Below, in pieces: positions 17,981 to 23,926 of a DNA stretch of 35,848 nucleotides. The notes below the pieces were generated by a model that had not been told where the DNA came from, did not search any database, and saw only the letters and a list, made by a program, of their open reading frames with translations. Numbering within the stretch: position 1 is the first letter of the stretch; each line of letters begins with the position of its first letter. Position numbers and translations under genes: made by a program. The DNA comes from a candidate division WOR-3 bacterium (GTDB lineage: Bacteria; Hydrothermota; Tepidihabitantia; Tepidihabitantales; DTDR01): the NCBI GenBank assembly GCA_039801845.1, contig JBDRVL010000001.1, positions 1 through 35,848 of the forward strand, read 5' to 3'.

Positions 17981-18810
17981 TTTATTTTTCCAAAAGTGAT
18001 ACCAAAATGATGAGAAGAAGGTAAGGATTTAAAAATTCGGTAGGCATAAGAGATTTTTAGAATTTTTTCTTTTAAAGGTTCTATTGAAAAACCAATATTA
18101 AAACTTCCATTATAAAAATTATAACCACTTTTTAAATCAATTATTGGATGGGGTTTCAATTCTAAACCCAATTTTAAATAATTCTCTTTTTCCCTTAAAT
18201 CTCGGCTAAATTCTAAGTAATTTTTTAAAAAATCTATCGGTGAAAGTTTTAAAGTTAAATTTAAATTGTTTGGCGGATAGAAATTTTGAGAGATATAATG
18301 TAAAGGTAAAGAGAAATTAGTAAAACTTATAGAACTTGTTAAGTATTTAATTGGTGAATAATCTACTCCCAAATCAAAACCGAAAGAATAATCGGAATAA
18401 ATATATAAGGTTGAATAATAAAATTTTAAAGAGAAACCAATATTAAAATTTTGAGAAATTTTTTTACTTGTTAAAAAAGAAATAATAAAATCCTCAGGAG
18501 AGTAATAACCCCAGAAATCAGAAGGAAATTTTCCCCTTCTTTCAATTCCACCATATTTAAAATTTACAATTTCTAACCCGTAATTAATTAAATTTGTTTC
18601 TCTTAAAAGAAGAAGAGAAATTTGAGAAGTTGATAAGAGATAAGAACTATAATTTGTTTCTATTAAAAAGTTTTTATAATTGGCATATTTGGCAGGATTA
18701 TGAGCAAGAGAGCCCAAAGAGATTTCCTCTAAAGTAATACCATTATTTAAAAAACTGAAAGCAAAAAGGAAATTTAATAATAAAAATTTAAACTTCAATA
18801 ATCTCAACAT
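17977..18810 (-). CDS. exported hypothetical protein, possibly an outer-membrane beta-barrel
   Basis: Signal-peptide-like N-terminus (LLLNFLFAFSF). The body is Tyr/Ser/Asn/Phe-rich with alternating strand-like segments. It has a weak NPA motif (LAHNPAKYA) reminiscent of PorV/PorP-type barrels. The family call is tentative. Confidence 0.4.
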   Translation of the reverse strand: MLRLLKFKFLLLNFLFAFSFLNNGITLEEISLGSLAHNPAKYANYKNFLIETNYSSYLLSTSQISLLLLRETNLINYGLEIVNFKYGGIERRGKFPSDFWGYYSPEDFIISFLTSKKISQNFNIGFSLKFYYSTLYIYSDYSFGFDLGVDYSPIKYLTSSISFTNFSLPLHYISQNFYPPNNLNLTLKLSPIDFLKNYLEFSRDLREKENYLKLGLELKPHPIIDLKSGYNFYNGSFNIGFSIEPLKEKILKISYAYRIFKSLPSSHHFGITFGKIK

Positions 18811-19918
18811 TTGCCCGTGGAATAATTACCCTTCTTTTATCTTCTAATTCTACTTCTAAAACCCTTACATAAGATTCGGTTTCAATCTTTTGTAATTCTA
18901 CTGGCAGAGAAACTACCTTGCCAATCATTCCAAAATAAGGTTCCCTTATTATTCTTACTGGAGTGCCAATTTCCAATCCTTGGGAATAGTTAAAAGAATT
19001 TTCTCTTTTACTTTTATTAACTCCATCTTTTTGGACGACAATCACTTCGGGTCTAATAACACCTGCTCGGATTTGGGTAGCACCATTTATAGAAGCGGTT
19101 TTGCCTTCCAATGATTTTAATAAAGAAAATGTTCTATCTGCCATTTTCATTCTGCCAAATCCTTCCGTAATTACCAAAGTTAAATTACAATTCTCTTGAC
19201 CAGTAATTGCGACACCAATATCATAACCAAGAAAATTTTTTATTGTCTCATCCTCAATGCCACCAACCACAATCCCTTTTACGCCAAATTCCCTTGCCTT
19301 CTTTAATGCCTCAGAGGTAACCAAAGAACCACCAACCAAAATTTTCCCTTTACAATCTTCATTAATATTCTCTTCGGTTAAAACTTCATTAGGATTAGAA
19401 GCAACTATTTTTAAAATTCCTCTTGTCTCACCACCAATACCAAAAATTCCTTGAACTAAACTAGCATAGGTTTCAATAATAACACCTTCCTTTTGAATAA
19501 TCTCTTTTACAACACCATCAATATAAGCACTAACTTGGACAGGTTGTGGTGGTTCACGGATAATAACTTGCCCAGTGATTTCTGAAATATTTTCAATCTT
19601 TCCTTTAACCGGACTTCTCACATAAGATTTAAAGAGACCAAAGAAACTTTTAGTATAGGCAATAACTTCATCTTTCTCAACTTCATCGCCTTCCTTCTTT
19701 ATCATTACTTCCCTTATATCTTCTGGTGGAATATTTAACAGACCAGCAACATTAACCGTCTGAACATTACCAGGAAGATAAGTTTTCGCAACAATATCCT
19801 CACCTTTAACTTCCTCACCAATTTTGACTAAAATCTCACCAGGTAAAGGAAGCCTTCTTTCCTTTCTAATTAAAGTGAAATCAGTTACTTTCAGCCCAGG
19901 AATATATGCATGAGCCAT
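18788..19918 (-). CDS. conserved-looking hypothetical protein (barrel-sandwich-hybrid-like N-terminus, KOW-like C-terminus)
   Basis: 376-aa ORF and first gene of the operon ending in accA-era. The N-terminal GEILVKIGEEVKGEDIVA resembles lipoyl/biotinyl-type hybrid barrels. The C-terminal GTPVRIIREPYFGMIGKVV resembles a KOW motif. I can assign no function. Confidence 0.45.
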   Translation of the reverse strand: MAHAYIPGLKVTDFTLIRKERRLPLPGEILVKIGEEVKGEDIVAKTYLPGNVQTVNVAGLLNIPPEDIREVMIKKEGDEVEKDEVIAYTKSFFGLFKSYVRSPVKGKIENISEITGQVIIREPPQPVQVSAYIDGVVKEIIQKEGVIIETYASLVQGIFGIGGETRGILKIVASNPNEVLTEENINEDCKGKILVGGSLVTSEALKKAREFGVKGIVVGGIEDETIKNFLGYDIGVAITGQENCNLTLVITEGFGRMKMADRTFSLLKSLEGKTASINGATQIRAGVIRPEVIVVQKDGVNKSKRENSFNYSQGLEIGTPVRIIREPYFGMIGKVVSLPVELQKIETESYVRVLEVELEDKRRVIIPRANVEIIEV

Positions 19919-19924
19919 ATAATA

Positions 19925-19952
19925 AAAATAATAAAATTTCCTAAAAAGTCAA
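19925..19952 (-). promoter_or_regulatory. sigma70-like promoter of the 376-aa gene operon, positioned for a leaderless transcript
   Basis: Minus strand reads TTGACT (rc of 19947..19952), 16 nt, TATTTT (rc of 19925..19930), 6 nt, ATG (19918). Confidence 0.35.
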
Positions 19953-20012
19953 CCTAAAAAGAAATACAAAAAAATGAGATATTTGTTAAGATTAAATTAT
20001 AAGAAGAAAAAA

Positions 20013-20029
20013 TTTGCATATCATGCAAA
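20013..20029. promoter_or_regulatory. perfect palindrome TTTGCAT-atc-ATGCAAA (possible operator)
   Basis: 7-bp perfect inverted arms with a 3-nt spacer. Lies in the 518-bp non-coding stretch at the left border of the island. Confidence 0.2.
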
Positions 20030-20095
20030 AAATTTTTAGACAGAAAAAATTTCTAAGTCCTTGTATTTCAAATACTTATTTAAAATTTGTGATAA

Positions 20096-20126
20096 AGATA
20101 GGGAGCGTCTCCCTCCTATCTTTTAT
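20096..20126 (+). terminator. GC-rich stem-loop followed by a T-run (terminator-like or structured RNA element)
   Basis: AGATA-GGGAG-cgt-CTCCC-(tcc bulge)-TATCT followed by TTTAT. The GGGAGCGTCTCCC core stands out in this AT-rich DNA. It lies inside the doubtful 90-aa ORF. Confidence 0.25.
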
Positions 20127-20376
20127 GTTCGTCTTAAGAAATATCCTAATCTTCGTCTTATTAATTATCTTTATGATGGACTTATGAGAGGTTTTATTGT
20201 TCTACTTGTGAAGGGTCTTATCAAAGGATCTGATAAGACTTTTATCGTTCATTTTCATAAGCATCTTGCTGTTAATTTGTCGAAGTATACTCCTGGCGAT
20301 AGTGGTAAGTCTTGGATGTTAAATCTTTTGTAAATATAAAATTGTTAATACATCTTAACATCTTTACTTTTTCTTC

Positions 20377-20405
20377 TTGACATTTCATAAATTTTTAAGT
20401 AATAT
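20377..20405 (+). promoter_or_regulatory. sigma70-like promoter of the TPR-CHAT gene
   Basis: TTGACA (20377..20382), 17 nt, TAATAT (20400..20405), with a 31-nt leader. Shares the 15-mer TTGACATTTCATAAA with the promoter at 23025. Confidence 0.45.
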
Positions 20406-20436
20406 TTAAACATTAGAAATTGAAAGAAAGGTTAAA

Positions 20437-23028
20437 ATGGATGAGTTATCAAAATTGGTTTTAGAGTTAGTTGATAAGTTTTCTGAGTCGGAAGATTTCA
20501 TTAAGGCGGTTGAGGATAAATATAGTCATATTTCAGAAAAGGAAAAGGGAGATTTATTTTTAGAAATTGGTATTCGGCTTTATAACTTCTCTTATTTTCG
20601 TTTGGCGATAGAGGTTTTAAATAAGGCACTTTCTTATTATTTTAAATATAAAGATAAGGCGGGCGAAGGTAAATGCTACACAAATCTTGGCGAGGCTTAT
20701 AGAAATCTTGGTGAATTTTATAAGTCGATAGAGTATCAAGAGAAGGCATTAGAGATATTTAAAGAGATAGGAGATAGGCGAGGAGAGGGTGATTGCTACA
20801 GAGGTCTTGGCAATGCCTATTTTTTTCTTGGTGATTTTTATAAATCAATAGAGTATCTAGAGAAGGCATTAGAGATATTTAAAGAGATAGGAGATAGGCG
20901 AGGAGAGGTTAAATGCTATATAGGTCTTGGTAATGCCTATAATTCGTTAGGTGAATTTGGTAAGTCGATAGAATTTTATAACAAGTCATTAGAGATACGT
21001 AAGACAATAGGAGATAGGCTGGGAGAGGGTGCTTGCTACACAAATCTTGGCACTGCCTATTATTCTCTTGGTGATTTTTATAAATCGATAGAGTATTATA
21101 ACAAGGCATTAGATATAGATAAAGAGATAGGATATAGGCAAGGAGAGAGTAAATGTTACAGAAATCTTGGCAATGCCTATCTTTCTCTTGGTGATTTTTA
21201 TAAATCGATAGAGTATTATAACAAGGCATTAGATATATCTAAGACAATAGGAGATAGGCGAGGAGAGGGTGCTTGCTACACAAATCTTGGCACTGCTTAT
21301 TATTTTCTTGGTGATTTTTATAAATCGATAGAGTATTATAACAAGGCATTAGATATATTTAAGGCGATAGGAGATAGGCTGGGAGAGGGTGCTTGCTACA
21401 TAAATCTTGGCGAGGTTTATAGAAATCTTGGTGAATTTTATAAATCGATAGAGTATCAAGAAAAGGCATTAGAGATATGCAAGGAAATAGGAGATATTTA
21501 TGGTGAAAAAATATGTCTTGATAACCTTGGCTGGATATATTTAGGAAAAGAAGATTATCTTAAAGCAGAGGAATATTTTGAAGAAGGTATTAAAAAATAT
21601 GAAGAGTTAACAAGAGATAAACTACCAAAAGACCCAAAAGAGAGGAAAGATTTTTTGAAGGGAAGCATTTCTCTTTTTGATGGTATGGTAATAACCCAAA
21701 TAAAATTAGGGAATAAAGAGAAGGCATTAGAATATTCGGAAATGGGAAAAGGAAGGACGATTTTAGATTTCATTATTTATAAAGGAATAGAGAAAGAAGA
21801 GGTTAAACAATCATTAAACTTTCAGAGGATAAAAGATTTAGCAAAGGAGATTGGAAGGACAATTCTCTTATTTAGGATTACTGAGAAAGGGAGTTATACA
21901 TTTATTATTAAACCAAGAGATGGTTTTGAATTTATAACTATTCCGGAATTTAATAGCAAAAGATTAGATGAGATAATGGTAAAGTATGAAGATAATAAGC
22001 CAGTGGATGGTTGGGTTTATAGATATTCTAAATATAAAAATATGGTCAGTAATTTTGTAAGGTTTGCTTTCGAGAGAGGAGAGAAGGAGGCAAAGGAAAT
22101 CTTGGAGAAGGAGAGAGATAATTGGTTTAACACCTTAAAGCCTTTATATGAGGAGTTATTGGCAGAGGTTTTTGAAGGTAAAATATTTGAGAAAGGTGAG
22201 AAGATTGTAATCATTCCCAATAAAGGGTTAAATATCTTGCCTATTCATGCCTGTCAAAAAGAGGATGGCAAGTATCTCATTGATGAGTATGAGATAACCT
22301 ATGCTCCCAACTGTTCTCTTTTGGATTTATGTTATCGAAGGGAGAAGGAAAGGAAAAGGGATAGTTTCTTTGCCATTGCTAATCCAACAGGCGACATTCC
22401 TTTTTCTGAGACAGAGGTAAAAGAGATTGAGAAATTATTCATTAATAAAGAGATACACAGAGAGAGGATAGTAAAAGATATTTTGCTGAATAATGTAGAT
22501 AAATATAATATAATTCATTTTTCAACGCATGGTACTTATCATTTAGGTTCTGCTTTTAATTCCCTTTTATATTTAGGGGTTAATGAGTATTTAACCCTTT
22601 CTGAGATTTTTGAGAAGGTGAAACTTCCCAATAGTTGGCTTGTTTCCCTTTCTGCTTGTGAGACTGCTTTAATTGATTATCGTGATATTGCTGATGAGAG
22701 TATTGGTTTACATACTGGTTTTCTCTATGCCGGAGCACCAACTGTGATTGCCACTCTTTGGACAGTTGCTGATATTTCAACTGCCTTAATTATGATAAGG
22801 ACCTATGACAATATATTTAATAAGAATATGGGTAAGGGAGAGGCATTAAGGAAAGCCCAGTTATGGTTAAAGGAGGCGACAAAGAAAGAATTAATAGATT
22901 GGGCAAAAGGGAAATCATCGTATATTTTAGGGTTATTAACAAGTTCTCTTTCTCTATTTAAGGATAATGATAAACCCTTTTCCCATCCTTATTACTGGTC
23001 GGGTTTCCAATGCTTTGGTACTCATTGA
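20437..23028 (+). CDS. TPR-repeat / CHAT-domain (caspase-fold) protease
   Basis: 863 aa. Residues about 76-355 are seven near-identical 40-aa TPR units (GEGxCYxNLGxAYxxLGDFYKSIEYxxKALxIxKxIGDRx) flanked by degenerate units. The C-terminal CHAT-like domain has HFSTHG (His698, nt 22528..22530), SLSACETA (Cys741, nt 22657..22659) and a terminal HPYYWSGFQCFG. Confidence 0.9.
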   Translation: MDELSKLVLELVDKFSESEDFIKAVEDKYSHISEKEKGDLFLEIGIRLYNFSYFRLAIEVLNKALSYYFKYKDKAGEGKCYTNLGEAYRNLGEFYKSIEYQEKALEIFKEIGDRRGEGDCYRGLGNAYFFLGDFYKSIEYLEKALEIFKEIGDRRGEVKCYIGLGNAYNSLGEFGKSIEFYNKSLEIRKTIGDRLGEGACYTNLGTAYYSLGDFYKSIEYYNKALDIDKEIGYRQGESKCYRNLGNAYLSLGDFYKSIEYYNKALDISKTIGDRRGEGACYTNLGTAYYFLGDFYKSIEYYNKALDIFKAIGDRLGEGACYINLGEVYRNLGEFYKSIEYQEKALEICKEIGDIYGEKICLDNLGWIYLGKEDYLKAEEYFEEGIKKYEELTRDKLPKDPKERKDFLKGSISLFDGMVITQIKLGNKEKALEYSEMGKGRTILDFIIYKGIEKEEVKQSLNFQRIKDLAKEIGRTILLFRITEKGSYTFIIKPRDGFEFITIPEFNSKRLDEIMVKYEDNKPVDGWVYRYSKYKNMVSNFVRFAFERGEKEAKEILEKERDNWFNTLKPLYEELLAEVFEGKIFEKGEKIVIIPNKGLNILPIHACQKEDGKYLIDEYEITYAPNCSLLDLCYRREKERKRDSFFAIANPTGDIPFSETEVKEIEKLFINKEIHRERIVKDILLNNVDKYNIIHFSTHGTYHLGSAFNSLLYLGVNEYLTLSEIFEKVKLPNSWLVSLSACETALIDYRDIADESIGLHTGFLYAGAPTVIATLWTVADISTALIMIRTYDNIFNKNMGKGEALRKAQLWLKEATKKELIDWAKGKSSYILGLLTSSLSLFKDNDKPFSHPYYWSGFQCFGTH
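20662..21501 (+). repeat. intragenic tandem repeat, 7 x 120 bp (TPR units)
   Basis: Exact 120-bp periodicity. A 52-nt block is identical at 21066..21117, 21186..21237 and 21306..21357. Units 1 and 7 resemble each other closely, as do units 4 and 6. Confidence 0.9.
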
Positions 23029-23052
23029 CATTTCATAAAATTGGTTTATAAT
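23025..23052 (+). promoter_or_regulatory. sigma70-like promoter of the three downstream cassette genes
   Basis: TTGACA (23025..23030, overlapping the TPR-CHAT TGA stop at 23026..23028), 16 nt, TATAAT (23047..23052). A 20-nt leader with GGAGG follows. Confidence 0.45.
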
Positions 23053-23072
23053 TTTTTAAATGGAGGAAAATT

Positions 23073-23525
23073 ATGAAAAAGAAATTATATTGTCCAAAAG
23101 ATGGAAGTTTGTTAGAAGAGATTAAAGTTGGAAAGACAGTTGTTGACCAATGTCCTAAATGTCAAGGTGTTTGGTTTGATTTTAAAGGCGACGAACTTAT
23201 CAAAATTCTTGCGTTGGGATATGATAATTTACCGGAAAAATTGAAAGAGAGTTGGGAAGAAGGAGGTGGACAACTAACATTAACTGAAAATAGAGAATAT
23301 AAATGTCCCCGCTGTGGCAATGAACTTTCTACTTATTGGTATCTTGGAGAAAAAGATAGAACTTTTCTTGTTGATGGCTGTTTAAAAGGGTGCGGAGTCT
23401 GGCTTGATGATGGAGAATTAAAAAAGGCTTATCAATTTATAAAACCTTCTGTATCAGAGATAAAAGAAAAAGAAATAAAAGAGGGAATTTTTAAAAAGTT
23501 ATGGAATTATTTGAGAGAAAGATAA
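23073..23525 (+). CDS. tandem zf-TFIIB-like zinc-ribbon protein
   Basis: 150 aa with two copies of the pattern CPxC...L......vDxCxxCxGvWxDxgEL. Copy 1 is CPKDG...DQCPKCQGVWFDFKGDEL, with a degenerate first knuckle. Copy 2 is CPRCGNEL...VDGCLKGCGVWLDDGELKKA. Strong GGAGG RBS. Confidence 0.7.
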   Translation: MKKKLYCPKDGSLLEEIKVGKTVVDQCPKCQGVWFDFKGDELIKILALGYDNLPEKLKESWEEGGGQLTLTENREYKCPRCGNELSTYWYLGEKDRTFLVDGCLKGCGVWLDDGELKKAYQFIKPSVSEIKEKEIKEGIFKKLWNYLRER

Positions 23526-23536
23526 AAGGAGGAAAA

Positions 23537-23917
23537 ATGGATACAGAAATGGTTGTGTATTTGTTAGAAGAGAGGTTAGAAGAAATAAAGAAGAATCTCG
23601 CTGATTTCTGGCAAGAATTTCTCAAGGAATTGAAGAGCCTTTCGGAGGATTTAATTGCTGATAAAAAAGACTTAGAAAAATGGACGGAAAATATGATTCG
23701 GCTTCTTAAAAAATATGAATATACTTGTGGTCTTTTAGAAGGGTTTAATACGAGAATCCGTTTTATCATAAGGGGAATACCAAGCGCATTAGAAACTTAT
23801 CAGCCTGAGGAGATTCCTGATATTCCCAGTGGCAAAATTTCTGCTTCAAAAAAATATGAAGAAGAAATTGTTAACCGAATAAAGAATATCGTTAAAAAAG
23901 CCGAGGAATTAAAATAA
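23537..23917 (+). CDS. small helical hypothetical protein (about 126 aa)
   Basis: The ATG at 23537 lies 5 nt after AAGGAGG. The ORF track's 23501 start overlaps the previous gene and lacks an RBS. The sequence is charged and heptad-like (LEERLEEIKKNLADFWQEFLKELKSL). I recognise no family. Confidence 0.55.
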   Translation: MDTEMVVYLLEERLEEIKKNLADFWQEFLKELKSLSEDLIADKKDLEKWTENMIRLLKKYEYTCGLLEGFNTRIRFIIRGIPSALETYQPEEIPDIPSGKISASKKYEEEIVNRIKNIVKKAEELK

Positions 23918-23926
23918 AATTAAAAA

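Noticed and set aside
19142-19150. An M-K-M tripeptide (GRMKMADR) in the 376-aa protein in the same operon as accA, considered as a possible biotin carrier.
   Set aside because: The surrounding sequence does not resemble the EAMKM hairpin context of biotinyl domains. The motif also lies outside the hybrid-barrel-like N-terminus. This is probably coincidence.
20236-20256. Partial similarity (TATCGT..ATTTT) between the left border and the 18-bp duplicated unit at 25238..25273, considered as possible att or target-site repeats flanking the island.
   Set aside because: Only about 11 matching positions are found, and only with a gap, in AT-rich sequence. That is within chance expectation, so there is no convincing flanking direct repeat.
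20061-20333. A 90-aa ORF at the left border of the cassette, considered as a fifth system gene.
   Set aside because: It has a TTG start without an RBS and contains two terminator-like hairpins. I recognise no family. I kept it only as part of the non-coding-region finding.
20909-21229. Antisense or shadow ORFs in the track. They are 598..852, 2093..2380, 3134..3328, 7558..7836, 9695..9883, 10877..11074, 12292..12546, 12727..12957, 15444..15635, 15917..16111, 16619..16846, 17340..17594, 19257..19454, 20909..21229, 21555..21773, 22017..22220, 22580..22780, 23491..23769, 27333..27842, 27595..27783, 31873..32229 and 35084..35296.
   Set aside because: Each lies entirely within a longer ORF with recognisable family motifs or better context, on the opposite strand or in another frame. 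Their sequences are low-complexity, with no RBS and no recognisable family. The repetitive one at 20909..21229 only mirrors the TPR repeats.
20662-21620. Regular short-period repeats that could be mistaken for a CRISPR array.
   Set aside because: The 120-bp units are contiguous with no unique spacers. They lie in one uninterrupted 863-codon ORF and encode TPR helices. No cas genes or leader are present anywhere in the window.
20437-23028. Calling the TPR-CHAT gene Csx29 of a type III-E CRISPR (Craspase) locus.
   Set aside because: No Cas7-11/gRAMP, CRISPR array, Csx30/Csx31-like gene that I can recognise, or sigma factor is present nearby. Only the domain architecture is shared.
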